DNA of 64,000 nucleotides from Deltaproteobacteria bacterium (GTDB taxonomy: Bacteria > Desulfobacterota > GWC2-55-46): assembly GCA_020846435.1 (NCBI GenBank), contig JADLDY010000013.1, positions 18,906 through 82,905 on the forward strand. The letters are read 5' to 3'. A program made the translations under genes and the position numbers. Positions within the stretch are counted from its first letter, which is position 1; each line of letters starts with the position of its first letter. The notes beneath the pieces were generated by a model. That model was not told the DNA's origin and searched no databases. It was given only the letters and a program-made list of their open reading frames with translations. Below are positions 1 through 7,501 of this stretch, in pieces.

Positions 1-730
1 TTTCACCCTCATGGTCAGGCTCGACGAGCAATGAAGCCGTGAGGGCCGCGCTCGCCTTTGCTTCCTGGCCCGTAAGTCCTGAGCGGGTGAAGTCCGCGTT
101 AAAGCCGACAGCGAACCTCTTGACCAGAAACTCCGTGATTTGAGCTTTTGTCGCCGCGCTGAACTCATTGACGCCGGCCATCTTGCCGGAGATGCTCTCC
201 CCGAAGACCCTGTGGTTCAAATCCTCGTCAATGGCCATGAGGATCGACCCGTGCTGGAGAAAAGCCCTCTTGAGCCTCCTCTGCGCGCTTCCCACGAGCT
301 TTCTGCCGTTGACGAGCACCTCGTAGCGCGATGGTGAATAAAAGCAGGCCTCGCTCCTTTTGCCTTCGAGAGCGCCGCGCGAATAATCCGCCTCGACCCC
401 GGCGTCTTTCAATGCCGCGATTATGCAGGCGCTGATGGCCGAATAGGCCGACATTATCCCGCCGGAGAACAGAGGGCTGTCAATGAGGCCGGTTACCGAA
501 TAGGTGACCTCGCTGGAATGAACGACCGCCCTGCCGCCGGTGACCCTTCTGACGACAGGCAGGCCGAGGCCTCTGAAGGGGTCAGCCCCCTGAAGATAGC
601 CTATCGAGATGGCCGGAGAGCTCCAGCCGTAGAGGCGCACCGTGGGTTCTCCCACGCCCTCCTCAAGGCTCCGGAGGATGGAGGAGTCCCGCGCCATGTT
701 TTCATGGCCGGGCAAGTCGCCATCTAGCAT
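1..730 (-). CDS. Lipoate-protein ligase family protein (BPL/LplA/LipB catalytic domain; LipM/LplA-like). It is partial, with the 3' end beyond the window start.
   Basis: My minus-strand translation from the ATG at 730 reads MLDGDLPGHENMARDSSILRSLEEG...RLYGWSSPAISIGYLQ...RRVTGGRAVVH...KLVGSAQRRLKRAFLQHGSIL with no stop before position 1. RRxTGGxAV and K-x-x-G-S-A-Q are the LplA/LipB signature motifs. The ORF track does not list it because the ORF runs off the window edge. Confidence 0.75.
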   Translation of the reverse strand, partial: MLDGDLPGHENMARDSSILRSLEEGVGEPTVRLYGWSSPAISIGYLQGADPFRGLGLPVVRRVTGGRAVVHSSEVTYSVTGLIDSPLFSGGIMSAYSAISACIIAALKDAGVEADYSRGALEGKRSEACFYSPSRYEVLVNGRKLVGSAQRRLKRAFLQHGSILMAIDEDLNHRVFGESISGKMAGVNEFSAATKAQITEFLVKRFAVGFNADFTRSGLTGQEAKASAALTASLLVEPDHEGE

Positions 731-862
731 GAGCCTCCAGTCCAAAAAGGGCCTCCGGGTTATGTTAAGGATTGACGCCGCCTTGTTCGAGGACGGCGCG
801 GGATGACAGATTCCAACAGGCTGTTCAAGAAGCTCCAGCTGACAGGCGTCGGGGAGCTGAGG

Positions 863-893
863 AACGCGGCGTACTTTTCATGTACGCCGCGTT
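863..893. other. Perfect 12-bp stem-loop (aacgcggcgtac / gtacgccgcgtt, 7-nt loop) between accC and the lipoate ligase gene.
   Basis: Read directly from the sequence. It is flanked by an A-run on the plus strand (a T-run before the stem on the minus strand), so it lacks the U-tract-after-stem geometry of a classic terminator for the minus-strand accC. Confidence 0.4.
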
Positions 894-924
894 AAAAGGC
901 ACGGACGGACTTGCTTGAAGCGCG

Positions 925-2259
925 TCAGGTAAACCTTGAGAGAAAGTCTATGTCGGTCTTTCCGGCTATGAAGTCGTGGTCCCTCATGATCTTCAAATGC
1001 AGCGGGATATTGGTCTTTATCCCGGCTATGTGAAACTCTTCGAGGGCCCTTGTCATGCGGATTATGGCCTCCTGCCTCGTCTCGGCGTGAACGACGAGCT
1101 TGGCGAGAAGGTTATCGTAATGAGGCGGCACGTTGTAGCCGCAGTATATGGCTGTGTCAATCCTGACGCCGGGGCCGCCCGGGAGTATGAGCTCGGTTAT
1201 CTTTCCGGGGGAAGGCACGAAGGTCTTCGGGTCTTCCGCGTTTATCCTGCACTCTATGGCATGCCCGGTCATCGCTATGTTCTTTTGCTTGAAGGCGAGC
1301 TTTTGTCCGGAGGCTATCTTTATCTGCTCCTTCACGATGTCGATGCCCGTTACGAGCTCGGTTATTGGGTGCTCGACCTGGACCCTCGTGTTCATCTCCA
1401 TGAAGTAGAAGTTCTTGTTCTTGTCCATCAGGAACTCGACTGTCCCGACGTTCGTGTACTTGATGCCCTTGGCGAGCTTCACCGCGGCCTCGCCTATCTT
1501 GTGGCGGAGCTTCGCGTCCACGGCAGGCGAAGGAGACTCTTCGAGTATCTTCTGGTGTCGCCTCTGTATGGAGCATTCCCTCTCGCCGAGGTGGACAACG
1601 TTGCCGTGCTCGTCGGCGACAAGCTGTATCTCTATGTGCCTCGGGAGCTCGCAGAAACGCTCGATGAAGACCTCGCCGTCGCCGAAAGCGGCGACAGCCT
1701 CTGACTTGGCCATGTTGAACGACGCGGCCAGCGACGCCTGCGTGTGCACGAGCTTCATGCCGCGGCCTCCGCCGCCTGAGGCGGCCTTGATGAGCACGGG
1801 GAAGCCTATCTTCTTCGAGACCTCTATGGCGTCCTTCTCGTCGGTAAGCGCCCTGTTGGACCAGGGGAGCACCGGCACGCTGAGCTCTTCGGCGATCTTC
1901 TTGGCCTGGACCTTGTTGCCCATGAGGCGCATGACGTTCGACGTCGGCCCTATGAACTTTATCCCGCACTTCTCGCAGGCCTCGGCAAAGCCCGAGTTCT
2001 CGGCGAGGAAGCCGTAGCCCGGGTGAACGGCCTCGGCGTCCGCGACCTCCATCGCGCTTATGAGGGAGGTGATGTTGAGGTAGCTGTCCTTGCTCTTGGC
2101 CGGGCCTATGCAGATGGCGCCGTCGGCGTTCCTGGTGTGCAGAGCTTCCCTGTCGGCTTCGGAGTAGACGGCAAGGGACTTTATGCCCATCTCCTTGCAC
2201 GCCCTGATTATCCTTACGGCTATCTCGCCCCTGTTCGCTATCAGTATCTTTTTGAACAT
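925..2259 (-). CDS. accC: Biotin carboxylase subunit of acetyl-CoA carboxylase.
   Basis: MFKKILIANRGEIAVRIIRACKEMGI...; ATP-grasp and biotin carboxylase motifs (GGGGRGM, EMNTRVQVEHPITE). The ORF track starts at 2286, but the ATG at 2259 has an AGGAA Shine-Dalgarno 5 nt upstream and matches the canonical AccC N-terminus. Confidence 0.95.
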   Translation of the reverse strand: MFKKILIANRGEIAVRIIRACKEMGIKSLAVYSEADREALHTRNADGAICIGPAKSKDSYLNITSLISAMEVADAEAVHPGYGFLAENSGFAEACEKCGIKFIGPTSNVMRLMGNKVQAKKIAEELSVPVLPWSNRALTDEKDAIEVSKKIGFPVLIKAASGGGGRGMKLVHTQASLAASFNMAKSEAVAAFGDGEVFIERFCELPRHIEIQLVADEHGNVVHLGERECSIQRRHQKILEESPSPAVDAKLRHKIGEAAVKLAKGIKYTNVGTVEFLMDKNKNFYFMEMNTRVQVEHPITELVTGIDIVKEQIKIASGQKLAFKQKNIAMTGHAIECRINAEDPKTFVPSPGKITELILPGGPGVRIDTAIYCGYNVPPHYDNLLAKLVVHAETRQEAIIRMTRALEEFHIAGIKTNIPLHLKIMRDHDFIAGKTDIDFLSRFT

Positions 2260-2310
2260 CTCATTCCTGAAGGCCTTGCCGGGCACGAGCCCGGCCGGCA
2301 GCTTGGTGGA

Positions 2311-2766
2311 TTACTTGGAAACCTCGACGTGGAAGAGCGGCTCGCCGTACTCTACCGGCTGGCCGTTCTCGACGAGGATCGAAACTATCTTGCCGCCGAA
2401 CTCGCACTCGACCTCGTTCATGAGCTTCATCGCCTCTATTATGCAAAGAGTCTGCGCGGCCTTCACCACTGAGCCGACCTCTACGAAGGACGGAGCCTCA
2501 GGCGACGGCGAGCGGTAGAACGTGCCGACCATCGGAGAGGTGACGACCTTGATGTTGTCAGGCTTGGCAGCCGGCGCCGCATCCTCTTTCTTTACTTCCC
2601 TCGGCGCTTCCGCCGGCGGGAGCGGCTCGACAGGCATCGCCTCCCTCACGGCGTAGGCGTTGCCTCTTTTTATTCTGACCTTGCCGTCAGCCCCCTCGAG
2701 CTCGAACTCGACTATGTCGGTCTCCCTCAGGAACTTGTATATGCTCTTTATATCTTTAATGTCCAT
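2311..2766 (-). CDS. accB: Biotin carboxyl carrier protein.
   Basis: C-terminal biotinyl domain with EAMKLMNE (biotinylated Lys in the AMKM motif) and a Pro/Ala-rich linker; immediately upstream of accC. Confidence 0.93.
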   Translation of the reverse strand: MDIKDIKSIYKFLRETDIVEFELEGADGKVRIKRGNAYAVREAMPVEPLPPAEAPREVKKEDAAPAAKPDNIKVVTSPMVGTFYRSPSPEAPSFVEVGSVVKAAQTLCIIEAMKLMNEVECEFGGKIVSILVENGQPVEYGEPLFHVEVSK

Positions 2767-2778
2767 TTATCCTCCTGA

Positions 2779-3858
2779 TCAAAGGCTTACGAGATCCCTG
2801 GTTGTGCTGGTAAGGAGCTTCGCTCCATTTTTAGTGACGAGGACCATGTCCTCTATCCTGACGCCGCCCCATCCCGGTATGTATATCCCCGGCTCGACTG
2901 TTACTACCATCCCCTCTTCGAGAACGTCTTCGCTCATGGGAGAGAGCCCAGGAGCTTCGTGTATGTCGAGGCCTACGCCGTGGCCCGTGCCATGTCCGAA
3001 ATATTTTCCGTAACCGGCTTTTCCTATCACGCTTCTGGCCGCGCGGTCAACAGCCGAGGCCATGACGCCCGGCCTTATGCTCTCAATCGCCGCGGACTGC
3101 GCCTCCCTGACGACCTGGTAGACTTCTTTCTGTTTCGCCGTCGGCTTGCCGGTCACAAAGGTCCTGGTCCCGTCAGAGTTGTATCCGTTCAACAGGACGC
3201 CCATGTCGACGACGATAAGCTCGCCCTTTTTTATCTTCTTTTCGGAGGCCTTCCCGTGCGGGAGAGCGCCGCGGGAGCCTGAGGCTATTATCGTGTCAAA
3301 GGCGAGGCCCTCGGCCCCGCGCCTGCGCCAGAAAGACTCTATTGAAAAAGCGGCGTCCATCTCGACAGCGCCGGCAACAGCGACTTTCATCGCCCTGGTG
3401 AAGCCGCGGTCGAGAAGCCTTGCCGCTTCCGTTATCTTTTCTATCTCGAACGGGTCTTTAACGCTCCTCAACGTTTTAAGGAGCCCGGCAGTCGCCTTGA
3501 GCCTCGCCTTGCCCTTGAAAGCCTTCGCGAGCCTGGCGTGAGTATCAAAGCTCATGGATGAAGACTCGAAGCCTATTACGCCGGCCTTTACCGCCTGAGC
3601 CGCCCTTACGACCTCATCGACGGCCTTCTTGAATATCCTTATCCGAAAGCCTTTTACCTCATCGGCTGACTGGGAGGCATACCTCGGGTCAGTGAGGAAG
3701 AAAGCCCTGTCAAAAGAGACGACCGCGTAAGCGTTGGAGCCGGTGAATCCGGTGAGGTACCTGATGTTCTTCAGGTCGGTCACGAGAAAAGCGTCGAGCT
3801 TTTTCGCGGACGTCGAGGCCCGAAGCCTTCTGAGTCTTTCATCGTAAAGCGGCTTCAT
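2779..3858 (-). CDS. pepP: Xaa-Pro aminopeptidase / M24 family metallopeptidase.
   Basis: [15 protein letters not shown] and the pita-bread fold metal ligands. The preferred start is the ATG at 3858 ([12 protein letters not shown]), 1 nt after the roadblock gene stop, with GGAG upstream. The ORF-track start at 3903 would overlap the upstream gene by 44 nt. Confidence 0.85.
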   Translation of the reverse strand: MKPLYDERLRRLRASTSAKKLDAFLVTDLKNIRYLTGFTGSNAYAVVSFDRAFFLTDPRYASQSADEVKGFRIRIFKKAVDEVVRAAQAVKAGVIGFESSSMSFDTHARLAKAFKGKARLKATAGLLKTLRSVKDPFEIEKITEAARLLDRGFTRAMKVAVAGAVEMDAAFSIESFWRRRGAEGLAFDTIIASGSRGALPHGKASEKKIKKGELIVVDMGVLLNGYNSDGTRTFVTGKPTAKQKEVYQVVREAQSAAIESIRPGVMASAVDRAARSVIGKAGYGKYFGHGTGHGVGLDIHEAPGLSPMSEDVLEEGMVVTVEPGIYIPGWGGVRIEDMVLVTKNGAKLLTSTTRDLVSL

Positions 3859-3859
3859 G

Positions 3860-4219
3860 TCAGGTGAGCTCCGCCGCGGCCTTTTCAGCGGCGCGCCGGA
3901 CAAAATACCTCGCCTTGCCTATGTTCGAGTTGTGTCCGAGGACAAAAGCTATGTAGTACTCTGGCGTCGACATCCGCAAAAAGAGGTCGCTTGAAGCCGT
4001 CGCGACCATCACCTCTTCGACGGTGCCGAGGTTCAAAAGGCTTGACGCGTTCTTTATCTCCTCTATCACCTTGCCGTACTCGACGCCGACGGTCTCAACG
4101 TCGCACCCTCCGGCCTTCATGTACTGCTCGACGGCGATGCCGTCCATTCCCATGAGGGTCGCCGCCACACCGCCATCGACGCCGTCGACAAGCTCCTTCA
4201 AGACATCGAGAAAGGACAT
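3860..4219 (-). CDS. Roadblock/LC7 (MglB-like) domain protein.
   Basis: 119 aa; GVAATLMGMDGIAVEQY...YYIAFVLGHNSNIGKARYFVRRAAEKAAAEL fits the Roadblock/LC7 pattern. Its start overlaps the stop of the upstream small gene (ATGA). Confidence 0.7.
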   Translation of the reverse strand: MSFLDVLKELVDGVDGGVAATLMGMDGIAVEQYMKAGGCDVETVGVEYGKVIEEIKNASSLLNLGTVEEVMVATASSDLFLRMSTPEYYIAFVLGHNSNIGKARYFVRRAAEKAAAELT

Positions 4220-4437
4220 CAGGCCATTGTCTCCTGTTTCTGGGGCCTGCGTTTACCCTTTTCAGCCAGGCCCTTGAGCTTGTCTATCCTCTGGCTTAAA
4301 GACTGGTCCCAGGGGCTGGTGTCGGCGAGTATCTTGTATATCATCAGGGCGTCTTCATAATGGCCCTGCTCCTCGAGGACCTCGGCCATCGTGGTGGTGA
4401 AGAACATGTCGTCGCCAGCCTTTATATTGCCCATCAA
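4219..4437 (-). CDS. Small hypothetical protein (72 aa) with a single TPR-like helix pair.
   Basis: AEVLEEQGHYEDALMIYKILAD resembles one TPR motif; translationally coupled to the roadblock gene. It may not be a real gene. Confidence 0.45.
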   Translation of the reverse strand: MMGNIKAGDDMFFTTTMAEVLEEQGHYEDALMIYKILADTSPWDQSLSQRIDKLKGLAEKGKRRPQKQETMA

Positions 4438-4513
4438 ATAACCCCGATTTAATGTCCTAAAGTATTAAAAAACAGCCCGAAAGTCAAGATAAACCTGACA
4501 CTTCGGAAACCCG

Positions 4514-5602
4514 TCAGCCCTGCCGGAGGTCCCCCTGCAACAAGAGGAACTCCCTGAGTGCGTCCTCGCCTACCTCCTTGAGGAATACCTTGCCCATGCC
4601 TGAGGCGAGAATGAACCTTATGCGCCCGCCAGAGACCTTCTTGTCGAGCTTCATGGCCTCTATGAAAGCCTCAGTTCCTATCGCCGGAGGCACCGAGGGC
4701 ATGCCGAGCCTTTCAAGAAGCGCCGTTATCCTCTCCTCGCACTCTTTTGACCCGCCGAGCATCGTGGAAAGCGACGCGGCCATCGCCATGCCTATCGCGA
4801 CCGCCTCACCGTGCCTGAACGTGCCGTAGCCTGAAAGGGCCTCTATGGCGTGTCCGAAGGTGTGGCCGAAGTTCAGTATCGCGCGCATCCCCTCTTCCCG
4901 CTCGTCCTTGCCTACGACCTCGGCCTTTATCGCGCACGACCTCTCTATGGCCGTTATTATCTCTTCGCCTTGCTTAAGGAGCTTGTCCGCGTTATCTTCG
5001 AGGAATGAGAAGAACGAGGCATCCCATATGACGCCGTACTTTATCACCTCGGCGAGCCCTGCCTTGAGCTCCCTCGCATCGAGGGTCTTCAACACATCAG
5101 GGTCAATGAAAACCGCCCTCGGCTGGTAGAACGCGCCGATGAGGTTCTTGCCTTTGGGGTGGTTGACGCCGGTCTTGCCGCCGACCGAACTGTCGACCTG
5201 CGAAAGAAGGGTCGTCGGCACCTGCACGAACGGCACTCCCCGAAGGTAAGTGGCCGCGACAAAGCCGGCGAGGTCGCCTATGACGCCGCCACCTAACGCG
5301 ACTATTGGGGAGGAGCGTTCGAATCTCCCCTCGATTAAAGCGTCAAAGACTTTTCCAGCCTCTTCGAGGCTCTTGTACTCCTCGCCGTCAGGCACGGTGA
5401 TGACGACCGGACGAAAACCCGCCTCCTCAAGGCTCCTGACGACGAGAGCGCCGTACAGGCCGCCGACCTTCGGGTTTGTGACGACCGCGGCCATGCCCTT
5501 CAAGCCAAGGGCCTTCATCATGGGGCCTGCGTCTTTTAGTATGCCCCTTTCAATAGAGATGTCGTAAGACCTCTCTCCAAGCTCAACCCTTACAGTGCGC
5601 AT
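4514..5602 (-). CDS. aroB: 3-dehydroquinate synthase.
   Basis: GGGVIGDLAGFVAATYLRGVPFVQVPTTLL...HTFGHAIE; full-length DHQS-fold match. Confidence 0.93.
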   Translation of the reverse strand: MRTVRVELGERSYDISIERGILKDAGPMMKALGLKGMAAVVTNPKVGGLYGALVVRSLEEAGFRPVVITVPDGEEYKSLEEAGKVFDALIEGRFERSSPIVALGGGVIGDLAGFVAATYLRGVPFVQVPTTLLSQVDSSVGGKTGVNHPKGKNLIGAFYQPRAVFIDPDVLKTLDARELKAGLAEVIKYGVIWDASFFSFLEDNADKLLKQGEEIITAIERSCAIKAEVVGKDEREEGMRAILNFGHTFGHAIEALSGYGTFRHGEAVAIGMAMAASLSTMLGGSKECEERITALLERLGMPSVPPAIGTEAFIEAMKLDKKVSGGRIRFILASGMGKVFLKEVGEDALREFLLLQGDLRQG

Positions 5603-5608
5603 ATTCCT

Positions 5609-6196
5609 TCAACCGTTCTCAGGCGTTTTTTTGTGAGGAGAAACACAGGAGCCCTGCATGTTCCTGTACAGACGCTCCTGGATGATGACGGCGACCTCTT
5701 CCGGGCCGAGGCCGTCAGTGCCGACCTCGAAGTCGCAGTCAGCGTAGGAGGCGCGCCTTTCACTGAAGAGCGCGTGGAGCTTCTCCTCCCTGTCAGGCCC
5801 GGCGAGAAGCGGCCTGTCCGCCCTGCTGCCTACCCGCCTCAAAATCTCCTCAGGAGAAGCTTTCAGGCACACAATAGTCCCGAAGCTCCTCAGAAGAGCC
5901 CTGTTCTCTTCCCTTACGACAGCCCCTCCGCCAGTTGAGACGACGAGGTCAGTCCCGAACTCGCCGGCAGAGAGCCTTTCAATAGTCTTTGACTCAGAGG
6001 CCCTGAAACCGGCCTCGCCAGAGGAGCTGAATATCTCCCTTATTGGCATGCCGGCCTCTTTTTCGATGAGCTCGTCAAGGTCAAGGAAGGCAAAACCGAG
6101 CCTTCTGGCAAGGAGCCTTCCTACCGTTGATTTCCCGGTGCCCATGAACCCGGTAAGGACGACGGGGCGGGGCTTTTGGGCTTCCTTGCTGTTCAT
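5609..6196 (-). CDS. aroK: Shikimate kinase.
   Basis: P-loop GFMGTGKSTVGRLLARRLGFAFLDLD; about 190 aa; sits between aroC and aroB. Confidence 0.9.
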   Translation of the reverse strand: MNSKEAQKPRPVVLTGFMGTGKSTVGRLLARRLGFAFLDLDELIEKEAGMPIREIFSSSGEAGFRASESKTIERLSAGEFGTDLVVSTGGGAVVREENRALLRSFGTIVCLKASPEEILRRVGSRADRPLLAGPDREEKLHALFSERRASYADCDFEVGTDGLGPEEVAVIIQERLYRNMQGSCVSPHKKTPENG

Positions 6197-6199
6197 ATC

Positions 6200-7390
6200 T
6201 CAGTAACCGGCCACGCTGTCAAGATAGCCTTTATAGTTGCGCTTCATCTCTGTTATGGAATCGCCGCCAAACTTCTCGATGAAGGCAGACGCCACCTCGA
6301 ACGCTACCACGGCTTCCCCTATCACGGCCGCGGCAGGCACAGCGCAGACGTCAGAGCGTTCAACGCTCGCCCTGAACGGCTTTTTAGTCTCGATGTCAAT
6401 TGAGCGCAGCGGCTTGTACAGCGTAGGGATAGGCTTCATGGCCGCGCGAAGGACTATCGGCTCTCCGTTGGACATGCCGCCTTCTATGCCGCCTGCGTTG
6501 TTCGTCTTCCTTGAGAAGCCAGGCCTCCTCGGCCAGAACTCCTTGGAGAGGCCTTTTCTCGCATACGATATCTCGTCATGAACCTCTGATCCGGGAGTTG
6601 ACGCCACCTTGAAGCCCATGCCGACCTCAGCGGCCTTTATGGCCTGTATGGACATGAGGGCGAAGACGAGGCGCGCGTCCAGCTTCCTGTCCCATTGGAC
6701 GTAGCTGCCGAGCCCTGGCGGGACGCCTGTCAGGACTACCTCGAAGGCCCCTCCTACGCTGTCGCCAGCGGCCTTTGCCTTGTCTATCCTTTCCATCATG
6801 GCCTTTGAGGCCAGCTTGTCAGGACACCTTACCTGGGAAGTTTCCGCGCCCTTGAAAAGAGAAGAAGGCACGCCCTTGACGTCTCCCCTGACCCCGCCTA
6901 TCTCGGTCACCCAGCTGTAAACCTGTATGCCCATCTCATCGAGAAAGCGGCGCGCAACAGAGCCTGCGGCGACCCTCATGGTCGTCTCCCTCGCGCTCGA
7001 GCGCTCGAGCACGTTACGGAGGTCCCTGTGGCCGTACTTGATGCCGCCTGTCAGGTCGGCGTGCCCCGGCCTCGGCCTTGTGACAGCCCTGCTGTCAGCC
7101 GGCAGAGTCGCCTCTCCGGAAGCCATTATCTCGGTCCAGTTCTCCCAGTCCTTATTTCTAACGACAAGGGCGATGGGCGAGCCAAGGGTCTTGCCGTGCC
7201 TTATGCCGGAAGTTATCTCGACCCTGTCGGTCTCTATCTTCATCCTGCCGCCCCGGCCGTAGCCACACTGCCTTCTCTTGAGCTCGCTGTCTATATCGGC
7301 GGACGCTACTTCAAGACCGGCTGGCATGCCCTCGATTATGGCGGTAAGCTCCCGGCCATGAGATTCGCCGGCGGTAAGGTATCTCAACAT
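6200..7390 (-). CDS. aroC: Chorismate synthase.
   Basis: [26 protein letters not shown]... classic AroC N-terminus, conserved throughout. Confidence 0.95.
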   Translation of the reverse strand: MLRYLTAGESHGRELTAIIEGMPAGLEVASADIDSELKRRQCGYGRGGRMKIETDRVEITSGIRHGKTLGSPIALVVRNKDWENWTEIMASGEATLPADSRAVTRPRPGHADLTGGIKYGHRDLRNVLERSSARETTMRVAAGSVARRFLDEMGIQVYSWVTEIGGVRGDVKGVPSSLFKGAETSQVRCPDKLASKAMMERIDKAKAAGDSVGGAFEVVLTGVPPGLGSYVQWDRKLDARLVFALMSIQAIKAAEVGMGFKVASTPGSEVHDEISYARKGLSKEFWPRRPGFSRKTNNAGGIEGGMSNGEPIVLRAAMKPIPTLYKPLRSIDIETKKPFRASVERSDVCAVPAAAVIGEAVVAFEVASAFIEKFGGDSITEMKRNYKGYLDSVAGY

Positions 7391-7449
7391 CTGTCACCTG
7401 TCCCAAATGGAGTAGACTTATTTATATAACTTTTCCGCTCCCCCATAAA

Positions 7450-7481
7450 TAAAAAAATGCACCCCGAAGGGTGCATTTTTC
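7450..7481. terminator. Bidirectional rho-independent terminator downstream of pilQ.
   Basis: aaaaaaa-tgcaccc-cgaa-gggtgca-ttttt: an 8-bp GC stem flanked by A- and T-tracts. Confidence 0.75.
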
Positions 7482-7501
7482 TGAGCGCTTTTCAAAACGG
7501 C

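Noticed and set aside
518-727. 69-aa and 65-aa plus-strand ORFs at the left end.
   Set aside because: They are antisense to the lipoate-protein ligase family gene that I translated by hand from the minus strand.
976-1704. 242-aa plus-strand ORF (and the nested 1148..1408 and 1415..2017 ORFs) inside accC.
   Set aside because: It is antisense to a full-length, strongly conserved biotin carboxylase. Long spurious ORFs are expected at this GC content, and it has no recognisable motifs.
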